This document shows, one piece after another, positions 36,700 through 50,358 of a stretch of 64,000 bases of DNA (its first letter is position 1; every line of letters begins with the position of its first letter). The stretch lies in assembly GCA_905178155.1 (NCBI GenBank), contig CAJINV010000005.1, positions 3,651,253 through 3,715,252 of the forward strand. Reading direction: 5' to 3'. The translations under genes were made by a program, and so were the position numbers. The DNA is from Amoebophrya sp. A120 (lineage: Eukaryota; Protista; Dinoflagellata). The notes beneath the pieces were generated by a model. That model saw only the letters and a program-made list of their open reading frames with translations. It had not been told where the DNA came from and made no database searches.

Positions 36700-39166
36700 T
36701 CACTGAAACTGCATTTCGTTCCTCCTCTTCTTTTGATTCCGATATCAAATGTAAAAATGTCTGGGTCTGGAAGAGTGCAAGATTTGTGATGTAGGTTTTC
36801 CAGGACCCATGAGGTCTGGAATGCGAGACCCAGCATGACAGATTCTTTGAGGTCTCTACCATGCCTGTCCTGCATGAGAAACTCCCCCTCAACTTGGTCA
36901 AAAGCGGACAGCTTTTGGCACTCACGCGACACAGATTTTTGCATCATTCAGATTTAGCATGACAAGTCCTAATCTTCCAGACCCAGACATTTTTGCATGT
37001 GATATCCGATCGACAAACTCGATTTCGTCTTCGCTGTCTTCGTATCAAATGTAAAAATGTCTGGGTCTGGAAGATTCCGAGATTTGTCATGCAGTTTTTC
37101 CAAGCTCCACCAAGTCTGGAATGCAGGGCCTAGCATCACAGGTTCTGCAGCCCCTTACTGATGCCCATTATGCATGAGAAATGCCCTCTGAGCATGGCGA
37201 GAAATGGGGACCTTTTGCAAGTCATGCAACACAGATTTTTGTATCACCCGCAACACGCATCACAAGTTCGCATTCTTCCAGACCCAGACATTTTTACATT
37301 TGATACTTCGTCCGCTGAGGGAATTTCCCGTGTTCCGATGGTTGACTTTACATTCCGGCCCCCTCGGTAGTTGTCATCCCCACGTTTATTGTTGTTCCCA
37401 CCTCCACCGCCCCGCGGAGGATTCCTGTCCCCCCGATCCCGATCGTCCCTGCCCCGGCTGCGGTCCCGACTGCGGTCCCGGTCGTTGCCACCGCGCTGCG
37501 GCTTCAAAAACTCCTTCGGCGGCCCACCGGCCTTCGGCTTCAGATTTGCGGACGACCCTCCGCGGGTCGTGTTGTTGTACTCGGCCGGTGGGCCCGCGTT
37601 GCGGCTTCCGCGGTCGTCACGACCTCCACCACGGTTGTTCCCTCCTCGGTTGTAGTTGTCCCGGTCATCGTCCCGTCCGGTGTCGCCCCACTCCTCGCGG
37701 GAAATCTTGTTGACGGAGGCGATGTCCCGGTGTTCATACGGGTTCCCGCCCTTCTGCGCAGAGGTGTTTCCGCTGTACATCACCTGAGACTTCTGCCCGT
37801 TTTTGTCCACGTGGTACACCACCTTAGTTCCCGAACCCGCAGGAGGTCCCATGTTAGAACCACTCGTCGGTTGTTGCTGCACGACCGCTGTACTGGCCGC
37901 TGCGGCGGCGGCCGCGACCTGCCGGTCCTTTTCCGCATTCTGCTGCTCCAAAGCCATGATGTCGTTCTCCATCCGGACGCGTCTGGCCGCGTGCCAATCG
38001 TCTAGTTCTTGCAACTTCGACTCGTAGTAGTCCGCGGCCTCGCGGAGTTTCCCCTCGTAGTAAAACTGGATCTCCTTTTTCTCGTTCTCCAACTCCTCGT
38101 CCCAGCCCCGCCCCCACCAGATGGAGTCTTTCGACTTCGGCACGTACCAAACCGGATAACCACTGTGGTTGAACAAACAGCCCGCCACCCGGCACTCCGG
38201 GCCGTTCTTACACGTCGACGCCCGGCACTTCTGGATCGTCTTCAGGGCCTCGTCCGCGTTCGCGTGCACTTTGTCGCACTGTTCCGCGGTCTGGTCACAG
38301 CAGCCGGTGAGAAAACGGAAGCAAATCGTCGAGCGACCGCCCTTGACGACGCGACGAATGTATTGGTCTTGAATGCTACCCTTCACCGGCCCGCCGGGGT
38401 GCTGGTACAGGCAGTTCTTCAGTTTGCAGCGATCCCCGTTCCGGCACGGGAGGGAAGCGTAGTAGCTGTAGACTTTGTCCAGTTCTTCCGTCGGCGGGTG
38501 GCGGAGCGGGCAGAGGTCCTGGAAGGGGCACTCGCCGATCAAGTACAAGCGACACAGCTTCTTCCGGTCGTCGTTGCAGACCACGCATTGCAAATCGTCG
38601 ATGTGCCGCTCAAACACTTCTTCCTGAGAATTTCGTTTTCATTTGTGATAGTACGTCTTTCTCTTTTCATCCACTAGAAAGAGCAAATCATATTTGCCGA
38701 TTGTTATCTGATGGTGCGCGGTGGAAGTCTTGTGCTAATGTGCATCATGACAAAGTCCATTTCAACTGTACCCTATGCAACACAAATCAACTTTTATTAC
38801 CTCTTCCTCCTGCGATTCAATTTCGGATTCCGCGTTGGCAAACTCCTGCGAGAATTCGTCCACCACACTGGCCTGATCGACGTCTAACTCCAGAACATCG
38901 GCGTTGTCCAGAAACAGTTGACAGGTTTTGAAGCACTGCGCGGACGAGAGGCGGAGACTGGTCAGGTCAAAGTTGTCCAGGACCGCATCCGGGGCGGAAG
39001 ATTCCCCATCGGCTGCTTTCAACAGTGTCTTCGCCAGTTGTTCCAGCTGCTTGATGGAACGCGGCGTCAAAGCGAGCAGCTTAATGTTCTGATTCAACAA
39101 CTCCAAAGCGTGGGCACCCTGCGCTCGGGTGAGCTTCATCGAAGTAAGGTCGAAGAACTTCCCCAT
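36700..39166 (-). CDS. Multiple CCCH zinc-finger protein with an RG/RD-rich tail, 4 exons
   Basis: CRLYLIGECPFQDLCPLRH, CRNGDRCKLKNCLYQH, CFRFLTGCCDQTAEQCDKVH, CKNGPECRVAGCLFNH. One GT-AG intron and two introners. Confidence 0.88.
36743..37004. mobile_element. Introner family 1a
   Basis: Family-1 TIR, exact duplication TCCGA. Confidence 0.95.
37043..37305. mobile_element. Introner family 1a
   Basis: Near-perfect 31-bp TIR, exact duplication CTTCG. Confidence 0.95.
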
Positions 39167-40556
39167 TTTGTTGCGGGCGTTTGAGTTATTTGTTCGTATC
39201 TACAACAATACCGTTTGGTGCAAAAAGTATGGAAAACTTGAAAAAAGTTCTTTCTGCAGAAGTTGTGGTAGCTCTGTATACAAAAAAACTGACAATTTGT
39301 TCTCCGAGTGCCCTAAAATTAGTCTGTGTCGCCTACAGAAAGAGTAGGTGAATTACTCCACACTGTAGTGGTCTTGACAAACAAAAAAACACTTTTGTCC
39401 CTAAAGGCAATTTTTTTGATTGAAAATTGATGAGACGAGATGCTGAAGGGTGAAACGAGAAATTGTTGCGCGAAATAGTTCGGTCAATGAAAATGATTGA
39501 GCTTTGTTCTCATTGGTCGTAGCGTTCTTTGGCATGGGTCACTGTTTACAGGTGTACGAGAAGGTAAACAAATGCTGGCTTGGAAAAATCATTTTTGCTG
39601 GGTCGTGATCTTCATGTTTTACTTTTTGTTTTTTTCCAGTGAGGCTCGTATGCAACGGTGAAATAAAACAAGATCCCCGTGGTCTACAAAAGAATGATCC
39701 ACCACTTGATTGTTTTTCAGCTCGGTTGGGGAAAAAACGCAATCGTGCATGCATTTGAACTTTTCAAACAAAATCTAGGCTGCATTTGTAGATTTACATT
39801 TACACTGGGATGCGCTGGTGTAATAATTACATCTACCCATCACGACGTTGATTTTTCAAAACGGGATTCAACTTTCGAGTATATCGATCAACGCTCATAC
39901 GCGATTGCGATTCGAAGATCTTGATGATGTTAATGTTTGAGGCGAAGCTACGTACTGTATAAATTGCTTCCATGAAGAAACATCAGCCTGATCATCTGCT
40001 CTGTTTATTTCTCGTGCCTTTGGATGCTTTCAGATCGAATCGACGGCTGCAGGAGCAAATTTCTTAAATACGAAACGCTAGTACAACGTGCAAGTATTCC
40101 ATCAATAAAGGTGCAATATAATATGGTTAGTTTTCGCATTCTATTGTTTCTTCACGGGATAGTTTTTGAGATGCCCATTTGGATTTGCGACGGTATTTGA
40201 CATTTCGCATTCACCTTTGAACAGCGATGAGAATCAAGAGTGTGCCCATGATGAACAACATGAAGCACGGAAAAGGTGACCGCGAGTCGTCAAGCACAGA
40301 TATCTCGTTATATTGCGCCTTTTCAATTTCTATGAGGAGCTCATGCTCAGCAACATGCTAAGACAATCTATAGCTAGCTGCGGTTTCGCTACTACGGGGC
40401 AGGCACCAAGCACGTGAGCAGCACTGCCTGCCATCTTGCTTGACGGGCAGGCTGAGTGCCAACGTGCGTGCGCCGAGGCCACGCTTGTTCTACTCTGGAA
40501 TTATCGACTTCGCTTTTACAATGGGTTGCACAGCGCGCAGCAATCGATTCTGCCGA

Positions 40557-42121
40557 TCATACCGTGCTGACCAACGAGTCGTACTTGGCCACGGGGAAGC
40601 CGCCGACCAGCTCATTGACGGTTGACCGCATCTTGTCGAAGTAAATGAACTTGATCAAGTCCGTCTGGGAGAAGTTTAGTCGCGACTGCACGTACAGGTA
40701 ACCGCTACCCTGGGCGTCAAGGAGGATACCTGTGGTCGGGGAGATAGAGTTTTCTTATGATGTTCTTGGAAGCGGTTTATCTAATCTTGTTTTTTTTCTC
40801 ATGCAGCAAAAAGCGCATTTTAACGCATTACACATACGCTTACCCTGCCCCCTTGCCGCATACTCCGCAACGGTGAAGTTCGTTTGCCTATAGGTGTCGT
40901 CCAGGATCTGCCTCTCTTCAGCATATATCTTCGACACGTTTTGGTTAGCCTGGGCTTCGATTACCTGTGGTAAGTATGAATGAGAGTGGCTCCTGATTGG
41001 TCGCTTTCTTGCGGTTCTTTCATCATTTCACGATAAGAGCTCTACCCCGAGAACTCCACAAAAGAATCGAGGAAGCACAGCACCCCACAACTCACCTGTG
41101 TTTCCCCCTCCACTCCGCTGGTGACCGCGCGTCGTATGGAAATCTGCTTGTTTAGATACACGTTGTCAATCGTGCTGAAGCTGGTACTCCCCAAGCCTAT
41201 CGCTCCTAAGTACACGGCTGTCACGTAGCCGTACACGGGTTGCAGTCTCGCGTTGATTTTATGCGATACAAATTTCCCGTACATGTACGAATTGCATGCT
41301 AACTTTGAGTGTCAAACTTGTCATGCTGAAGAGGATTCAAGGAAAACGAAAAGTTTGTCATGCAGAAACCGCATTTGCACGTCGTGTAATAGTACGGGAA
41401 TAAATTTACTGTGGATAGATTTCCCACCCGATCACCTTGGCGACGTAATCCCGGTCGGTCAGAAACTGCTCCATTTGGAGGGTGCCCGACCCGATAACCA
41501 CGGCCACCGCGTTTTTGATGATGGTGATATACCGTGCCTCCCAGTTCTTCTGCGGAAAGAAGCTGATGATCTGACGATGTTTATTTTGGAGAAGCATTTT
41601 TGTTCGATTGTGGTCTACTCATGCAACATCTCCGGAAAAGGAAAAGGAAAACCACGAGAATGGAGTAGTACTGGTTGGTTATTTTCTTTTTTTCATTTTG
41701 ATTTTCTACTTCCTTGCATACTGTTTCTTGTTCCCGTACACTATAAACTCAATCCAATGGCAATAGGTACCTCCGGCAAATACTCCACCCTTAACTTGTA
41801 GTAACACGTGAGTGACACGTGCACCGAGACCGCACTGCTCCCTACCCCCACCCGGCCCGTGATCGCGTTTCCGTTGGGGCACCCCGGGCAAAACGACAGC
41901 TCCGTCCAGGTGGTCGGAAAAGCTTCGAGCTGTCGGGCGAGGCCGAGCATGTAGCGCCCGGGGCCGTAGATTTTCCCCTTGTTGTACTGCCGGTTAATGC
42001 TGTTGAACTCTAAGCCGAGGTTGTTGACGTCCATCGTGGTAAACGAGCACGCGAAGAGGATCACGGAAGCTAGGATCACCGAGAACCAGCAACACAGACA
42101 ACACTGGGCTTCGCTCTTCAT
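40557..42121 (-). CDS. SPFH/band-7-like membrane protein, about 5 exons
   Basis: N-terminal TM helix, then IYGPGRYMLGL...AFPTT, QFLTDRDYVAKVI, a coiled-coil-like EAQANQ segment and LNFSQTDLIKFIY. Confidence 0.7.
41260..41417. mobile_element. Introner in the SPFH gene
   Basis: TAT...ATA ends, exact duplication GATTT. Removal gives GWEINARL. Confidence 0.85.
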
Positions 42122-43166
42122 CTTGTTGCTGATGATCTTTTTTATGGGCCTTGCTTATATATTGGTGGATCACTGCTGGTGTCGAATTCTTCGGCGGCGA
42201 CGCGACGGACGCGGTGGCTGAGGTTGTGATAGACAGCTCAATTCTTGCGTGGAACGGTTTGGATTCTGTTTTTTTTATTCTGCTAGGAGGTTTGACCCGT
42301 CGTTGCGCCACCGTGCGGAATTCCGATTTTGTCGCTTGCAATGATCTCCCTCGTTTCCCGCTTGTCGCAACCGCAACCACCTAGGCGTCTTTGAGGAACA
42401 CTTGCGCCCGGTAGAAGTTGCCGCGACACGGATAGAAACAAAACGCGGAAGCGTTCAGACTGGTTGCGGGAACGATCGCCATCTTGTGCTTTGTTTCTTT
42501 TCCACTCAGAAAAATCTTCAGCGTTCGTGCGGGTAGATCACCTGTTCAAATTGAACTTCCTGATCATGAGTCTCTCGTCTCTTTTCGCAAAGGAGCGACA
42601 CTCAAGCCCCGGTGCAAGAAGTCGAAGTCACGCAGGACAGAAGATCAAGGAAGAAAGAAATTTTTCTACCGATTGCTACGAGCCGCGGATCTTTTGATTG
42701 GCTGTTGAGCGATGATTTGGAACATCATGTGAACGTTCTTGGGCTTTGCTGCGACGGGATGCGCACGAACAACGACCGAAAGTTTCATTGCCAATTGGTA
42801 CTGTTTGCCAAAGTGTTTTTTATCTCCTAGAGACACGGATGTGAATGATAATGAAATGCAAATGGAAATCATGCTTGTTCCGTAGCACGCCATGGATTCT
42901 GACTCACCTGTATCAACATTGGTCAATGTATCAGAGCATCGAAAACAAGCCCCTTCCGTACGTACATCGTTTCTACTTCTAAAATCGATTAGCTAGAGGA
43001 CTCTGCAGCAGTAGTTGTCGAAATCTACGGCGGTGGTTGTACTACCACAACGATGTGACAAATCATCGAACCTGTGCTCGAGAGATTGCTGTCCACCAGC
43101 CGCATCTAGTACCTCGCCGTGAGCACAGATGAACCACTAGTCCATCAGGCACCACAGAATCCTGCT

Positions 43167-46100
43167 CTAGGGAGGCGGTTCTCCATCTCCATCTCCGCCG
43201 CCTCCTACAACGTCCCCGTAAAAGTACACACCCATTACCCCCAGAGCGATTACCCCCAGGAGGAGGCGAATGCTGTTGGTTGTGTCTACGCCAGTATCAA
43301 GAAGAAAAATCCCCCCTCCCCATATCGAAAACGTATCCGTCTGAAAATTTGTGATGCGCATTTGTGACCTCAAATCCTGTCTGTCTTGCAAGAAGGCAAG
43401 TCCAGAAAGCGTTCCGCATTTTGCAGGCGGTTTGTGATGCTGTTTGGCTTAGAGCATACACGTGTGTCATGCTAGGCGCCTACGTCTAAACCTCTCGACT
43501 GAGGCTTGACATATGCCAGCATTCCTCTACTGCAAGACAAATCTGACTTGTGTATGGAAATCCAGCATCAGAAACTTCGTTTCGATATGGGGAGGGGGGA
43601 TTTTTCCTTTTGATAGCCAGCAAAACTAGCCATGCCCTCGTCCGCCGTGTTCAAACGGTATGCAAGCGGAAACGGAGTCTTTTTTCAAGTTGAGTCAAGT
43701 AAGGTCATCTTGAAAGTGGAATAAATATTTCTTGTTCTTCGTGAACGTGACGCTGGTGGCGTTCTTACAACAGCATTTACTATACATGGTGAATTATATC
43801 GTACCCGAGAAATTGGACAGACCAAAATCGTCCAAATGACTCAACCTCCGGAGGACAAATTCTCCCGCCATCCATACACTTGTACTCTTTCCCGCCACGA
43901 CCGGCTTGAGAAGGCAGCAGATTTCCTTCGTGCATTCGCGGTGCGGCTCGCAGGGCTGGTCTAGAAGAAGTTCTTCGTCCACCGAGCAATAGTTCTCCAC
44001 GACCGGAAGCAGGGACTCGCACAAGAGCATGCAGCAAGTTATCGCATCCTTTTGTGTGTCCCGTGCAAAAGTTGCATCGTCGTGCCAGCGAGAGCAGTCG
44101 TACAATACTGCATGACAAATCTATTCCCCGTCGCCTCTCAACCTGTACATGACCTGGGACGTCGAAGTAGAACGATAACAACTTAATTCGCATTTCGTGT
44201 CTGATGATCTGTTTTATATGCAAAACAATACGCCTCTAGCCTCATCCAAATCTTTTGCAATGGATACTCTGGCACACACTCATGCGACGCGCACGTGGGA
44301 ATATCCGCCTCGGGACCTTTATGCAATACAAATTCCGCTGACGCTGTGCTTAGCTTGTACCTACCAGGGCGCGGAGGCGGAAGTACAATCTGTTTGGCTG
44401 CAGTGCTGGCAACCCAACAAGTTGCTCCAAAATACTAGACATTAACTTCCATTAAAAAAAGCGAACTGTGTCAGAAGACAAGCCTGGGCTGCATGCGAAA
44501 CCAACCTGTAGTTTAACTTTTATTAAGTTTCTGTGTTGTAGTAAACAAATTAAGCGCAACAGTACAGCGGTATTGAATTTCCCTGAGATACCCATTCACC
44601 TCGTCATACTCACGGAGAACTTGCGTGGCTTGGGTGCCTGTGAGTGTTGTTTCGTCCGCTCCCGCGCTCTCTTCCTCTTCTTTCACTTGCTCGGCGGTTC
44701 GGTTCACGCATATGTCTGCCTCTGTTTGGGTCTTCGCGGAGGTCAACATCGCGTTGCTGCTGGACGAGGCGAGTCGGGACAACGAAGACGGACCGGAAGA
44801 TCTATTGCTTGTGGTCTCAGTTTGTGCTACAACTCCGGGTGTCGTCGATGTGAGATGAATACTATGAGCAGGATCAACATCAACATCAGCACCATCATCA
44901 TCTCCTACTCTCGTGGCAGTGCTTGTACTACTGGCACCATCGGCCGTCGGCGTCGACGTGGTCAAGGACGACGCTGCGCTGATGCGAGTATCGGGAATAT
45001 TTTTGCTCCTGCTTGTGTCCTCGCCTACTTCTACCACATCATCTGCATCAAAACCATATCGTCCTTCGTTCCCGTGGCCTATCGCGGGACTCACCCGCCG
45101 GAGCCGACGCTCCGAAACCGAAGCAGAGGTGGGGGCAGACGGGGTAACAGAGCCTCCGGCCGCAGCTTTGTCGTCTGCAGGAGGTGGACCAAGAGTCAAA
45201 ATGTAGTCATGTTGCTCCGCTTGTTGCAATACATCATCTGGGCGCCGTTCATCTCGCTCTCGCTCGAAGACCTCTAGCCTCGTTGGAGAAGGTGGCCTTG
45301 ACGCAGCTGGCCGTCGTGCTGTGCCCCGTGTTCTTGCCATGTGGCTCGTCCTGCCTTCTTTGTGATAAAATGAACTTGCCGCGGAAAGGACAGAGGCTGA
45401 CGCAGCTCCTGTTGACAATGCACTGCTACCCAGCGAACTGCACTTCTTCTTACAGATTGGTATGTCTGCGTCGTTGTTTCGGAGTAGATATCCGTCCTCA
45501 CACGTCTTGCAGGCGTGCGCGCCCTGGGCCGGACACTTTTCCCCCTCCGCGCCCGTTCCGCGCGGGCAGGTGCACGTCTTCTTCTCGCACGCTTTGGAGT
45601 CTGGGTTCAGCTCAAAGCCCGCGTTGCAATCCTCGGTGCATCGCTCCGCGCCGTCCTGGTCACAAGCTACCGCGCCGGCCGCGACCGCGTGACCATGGAT
45701 GCAGATGCACTGGTTGGCCACGCAGACCATGTCCTCGTTCAGATGGTACCCGTCCGCGCAGTCGGTGCAGCGCGACTGGCCGTCGCCCGGACACGACGTG
45801 TGCCCGAGGGCGACCGGCGTCCCGTGGTCGCAGACGCACTCGACTTGCTTGCAGCATCTGAGTATCAACTGTAAAAATGTCTGGGTCTGGAAGAGTGCGC
45901 GATTTGTCATGCTGCTTTTCCATGACTCATGAGGTCTGGAATGCAGGACCTAGCATGACAGATTCTGCGAGACCTTGCTTTCCAATGCCTATCCTGCATG
46001 AGAAACTACCTCCCGACTTGGTCAAAACTGGACGACTTTTGGTAATCATGCAACACAGATTTTTGCATGCTGCAGATTTGGCGTGACAAGTTGCATTCTT

Positions 46101-49100
46101 TCAGACCCAGACATTTTTACATTTGATACTGGGGCGGTCCGCGGCGGTGCAGGTTTTTCCGGCCGCCGAGCAGAGTATGGGGTTCTCAATTGTTACATTC
46201 TCAACTGTTACATGAATTTGTGATGCTAAACCGACCGAAACCACAAACGCAACCCATAGGGCACCTTTCCGCAGATGGTCAGGCCACCGGGTCGCGGAGA
46301 ATTTGTGATGCAAGAATAGCAACACGAAAAGGCCGGAAATTGCAACTCTTGCATTACAAATTCGACACAGATTCCCATGCTCTTTAGCGCTTCCAAAATT
46401 TGTCATGCGAGGCAGCTTCACTGTGTGGACGTTGGTGCTCATTTTGCATGACAAATCATGTAACGGTATGAGAATGTAACAGTTGAGAACGCCATACAGA
46501 GGGTGAGGGCCTTCGAAACATCGTAGGTCTGCCCCGCCTCGCACTGCAGTTTCGTCGCCAATATCGTAGAATCGTGCCACTCGCTGCAGGTCGCGATCGG
46601 GGTGGCGCAGAGGGCATAGGCGTTGTTCGTCCCGTCCTCCCACGTCACCTTCTTGGATGTGCACTTGAAACCAGGAGTCGAAGACGAAGATGTCGAATCC
46701 ACATTGACAAAATATGACGCGGCGAGGAAATTGTCTGGATCGTTATTGTTCGGAAGAATAGCGCAGCCGCCGCCGATAATGTAGGTGTGCCTGGGACAAC
46801 TAACGGTCCTGGTCCACCATGACGTGTCGTCGCCTGCCGGATGACCTGGGGGGTTACTGGTTGTTAACTCTTCCTTGAAAACGTACCGTCCAAAATCGGA
46901 CCGGACGCAAATAGCCACGGCCGTCATGGTATCGATAGAAGAAGGACATATCTGTTGGCATTTCCACCCTTCTACTTTCGGCCGCGTCTCCTTCAGATAA
47001 CAGTTGGAGGAACTCGAGATGTAGCAGCCGCCGCCGACCACCTCCGTGCCCGTCGGGCAGTTCATTTCGACGCTGAGTGCGGTTTGCGAAGTTTTTCGGT
47101 AGGAGGAAGGGGAAGTCATTTTGCCACCATCTTTCACCGCGTCCGCCACACACACGCCAACATCACGAAAAAAGGCTGTCGCGGCGGTCTCAACCCTACT
47201 TCGCACAAAACCTTTGTCTTATCAGACGCACAAGTAGAAAACACATATGAGATGCGCATTTGCATTTCTTGCAACATGTCGTCGAGAATGATGACAGAAA
47301 GAGTCTCGCCGGTCGCGGAAGAGAAAGAATGTGAATGTGCGCATTACAAGTTGAGACTGAAACATTTTTTTCTCGCGATAACCGGCCCCGAACATAAAGT
47401 CCATCGCGTCCTTGTCGTTTGCGCTGGCGACGCGGCCAACGGTGTACTTCCCTTTATCCCCTGACTGCTCGGCGTCTGGGGCGCAGGCGGTGAGCCCCAA
47501 GTCCCCGTCAACCACATTCAAGCTGGCGCGCCCGCACGCTAGGCCCAGGGCAAAGCGGCCGGCGCCCTCGCAGCTTTTCGAGGACCAAATTGCGGCGTTG
47601 TCGACGCTATCGTCTCGGCGCCACTGAAGCGTGACTGGCATCCTGTACTAGAAAATCTATTCTTCCAAAGGCCGATCTTCGCATCACGGCAGGCATACCT
47701 GCTTACTACTACTTCATCTACTTACAACTCATACTGACAATCGTATCAAAGCATCAAATTATGTTGCAGCTGCAGGACGAAAAATAGAAAATAAATCATG
47801 CACGACTTTCAAGAATTTCGTTTTTGCCTGCATGTTCGCTCTCTTGCAGATCAAATTCAAAGCATTCGCGATCAACGTGATGACGTTAGATTTTCCGCCG
47901 GGGCGTGGGCGTTTTCTTGCCGGCCCCGGCCTTGAGGTCACCGAGCGGCTCTAACCAGGGAGTTTTCTTGCCATGCATCGCGCAAAACGACCGGCAGTTT
48001 TCAAGCGGGCGGAAGTCTTTTTTGACAAAAAATATTTTCAATTATCAAGCGGCTTTGGCTGTGTCGGCACCGAATCGCCAGCGGATTCTATCGATCGCCG
48101 CTGGGTAAAACGACGCAGGGGAGCCGGCAAAAGGGGCGCCCTTCTGAGGCGCCCACCGCCTTGGTTTCTGGCGGTTTGGGGCGCCCAAAAAGGGACGCGA
48201 AAAAAACGCGCCCAAAATCAGAACAGCGAAACAGCATGGCACGGGCGCCATACAGCTCTTCTGCTGCCGCTAGCAGTTCCGGGCGGTAGTCTTTGCCAGG
48301 TTTTCCGGATCGGAAGCCCCTGGTATTCAGGACGAAGAGGGTGAGAGGGAACCTCTTCTCATCGCTTTTGACCTCTATGAGCGGCGGCTGGATGCAGCGC
48401 TGGTCTAACTGTTCCGTAATCTTCTGGCTGGATGATTTCGAATCCATCTCCTCGAAGCGGGTGCGTATCTGTAGTTTCTCCTCGTCGCTGATGGTGGTTA
48501 CTACGTCATGGTGCTGTTGCCACCAGCCTCCTTTGGTGGTCCTCGAGATGGCGAAGGGCAGGCCGTCGCGCCAGAATATGCTGCCCTTGTTGACTGCATC
48601 CGCCAGATCTACGAGGAAATTGGTAGCATCCCGAGGAACTGGTGCTGCATCATACTGTTCGCCATCTTGTTGTGCATCATCAACTGGTTCCCGAACATGT
48701 TTGGCGCCATCATGTTCGCCTGCATGTCCGGCCCCATCATCGCGTTCGGTAGCAATGGGGGGAGGTTTTGGTAGGTGTACTGGATCGTCGGTGTTTGCGT
48801 CTGGAAACCGCTTAGGAACTGGTCCACTTCTTCTTCCTCGGGCGACTGGTCTTGGATGGGGGTGGATGTTTTATTCCAGAGCGTCGCGTTGCCCCCTGCC
48901 CATTCGTCCAGGAAAGAAATCACCTGCTGGTCTGTGATGCGCGTGTCCTTGTACTTCCCCTCTCCTTTGATGAAATCTCGGGCGACGGCGTAGAGCCTGT
49001 CTCTTCGGTGATCGTCGGTCATGATTTGAATTTGAAACTTATAAAATAATTTTGCTGCGAAAAACACCGTGAGAGCGGAGAGCCGATAGCATGAAGAGTC

Positions 49101-50358
49101 TCTCTGGGCGGGCAGCTCTCATACTTCCGTCCCCAGGCAGGGAAGGAAAAAGGGAAAAACAGAAAAGAAAAAGCCCTTCTTCTTTCTCTCTCCCCCCCCA
49201 CGATGAAATAGATTCTTGCTTCCTCCGGAGAGTAGGAGGCAGAAAGAATTCGATAACGAAGGATAATCTCTCATCCTTGAGCCAAAATGGCTACGGATCA
49301 AATTCAAAGCATTCGCGATCAACGTGATGACGTTAGATTTTCCACAGCGTAATCTGCCCGAAAGGACCAATGTGTATTGGAACTTCCTTCGTGTCCACAT
49401 AGACTTGCCGTGAAGCAGTAGATGCAGATTCGCGTGCGTCCCCCGCTAGTGCGCCCAGATCCTGTTGATCGACTTGGCTCGCCGATGTCGCTACTCTGGT
49501 GACCTGTCCGGGTCTAGTGCGGTGAAGACTGGTGGAACTACTTATCGGTCTACTTGTTGCAGCACTTGGAGTTGCTGTTGCATTTCTCGTAGTTGTAAGA
49601 CTACGGTCTTCCTGCCTCACGTCGTGATGTCCAGTGCCATCATCTGGTCGACGACCACGAGGACGTGGTGTAGTGTTTATTTCATGTCCACCTTTCCCCG
49701 ATGGCACTTCGGGAGACGTTGTTGCTGTAGGAGAGGGTCGTGAGAGATGAAGGGTCGTCCTCGACGTGGGGCCGCTGCTCTGATCATGGTCGTTCGCCTC
49801 TTGGTCTTCTCTTCTCGTAGTTGTTCGTCCACCATCATTGGTACCGTCATACCGATACCCACCACCTTCGGATCCCTCGTGGTCGAGGAAAACGCCTATT
49901 TTTGCCGTCTGCTCCGCCTTCGTCTTCACTTCAGCAGCGCCTTTGGATCGAGATCGTGGAAATGGAGATCGAATAAAAACGTTCTTTGCGCTCTCGTCAG
50001 TCTGGATGTAATTATTGATGTCACCAGAAGCGCCGCTACTTCTTTCCCTGCTCTTGTCTGGCTGGAGGCCGGTGGTCGCCCCATCAGCTTCAGAGGTGGC
50101 TCCGCTGCCCACTATTCTAGGAACCAGTGCCGTCGTGTCGTTGTCAAGCTGCTCCCGGCGGACCAGCGCGAAGGACAGCTGCAGTGGCAGCAGAATCAGA
50201 AAGAAAACCAGCAGTGTTGTGGTGATCGTTCTTGGACAATAGAAACACACAGCACGAACTGTATTCGACGGATCGTTCTTCTTCTTCCGACAAAGCAACG
50301 CGAGTCTCAGTAACCGTACCAGACAGAACGAGTTGACGTCGAGCAACCTCCAAGCCAT
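43167..50358 (-). CDS. Large Cys-rich surface or type-I membrane protein (link between the 49.4-50.4 kb exon and the rest is uncertain)
   Basis: Hydrophobic N-terminal segment, two CPxxxxxxGGGC modules, three or more CxCxxG...CxxCxxGY/F repeats, an S/T-rich spacer and a C-terminal TM helix (LLLGVIALGVMGVYFY). Confidence 0.72.
43295..43615. mobile_element. Introner family 3
   Basis: TIR aaaaatcccccctccccatatcgaaa, exact duplication GCCAG. Confidence 0.93.
44320..44590. mobile_element. Decayed introner
   Basis: TAT...ATA ends, flanks acctt/cccat. Removal gives VNGPEADIPTC. Confidence 0.6.
45863..46128. mobile_element. Introner family 1a
   Basis: Family-1 TIR, flanks ctgag/ctggg. Confidence 0.93.
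46176..46496. mobile_element. Introner family 2
   Basis: TIR tatgg(g/c)gttctcaa(t/c)tgttacattctca, exact duplication CAGAG. Confidence 0.92.
47897..49297 (-). mobile_element. Spliced-leader-capped, internally deleted non-LTR retroelement copy with a 46-48 bp target duplication
   Basis: 47849-47896 equals 49296-49343. The 5' end is the full SL. ORF1-like frame 49023-48609 and an overlapping -1 frame ending in LTLFVLNTRGFRSGK...ELLAAAEEL, then the repeat shared with 31316-31629. Confidence 0.8.
49276..49297 (-). other. Perfect dinoflagellate spliced-leader sequence (genomic relic)
   Basis: Minus strand reads TCCGTAGCCATTTTGGCTCAAG, 22 of 22 with DCCGTAGCCATTTTGGCTCAAG. It is followed by GA, not a GT donor. 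Confidence 0.97.

Noticed and set aside
47218-47382. Introner in the Cys-rich gene
   Set aside because: No matching 5-bp repeat, and an in-frame GT-AG intron explains it.
49276-49297. Functional SL RNA gene
   Set aside because: The SL is followed by GA rather than a GT donor and abuts a target duplication, which fits a retroposed RNA end.
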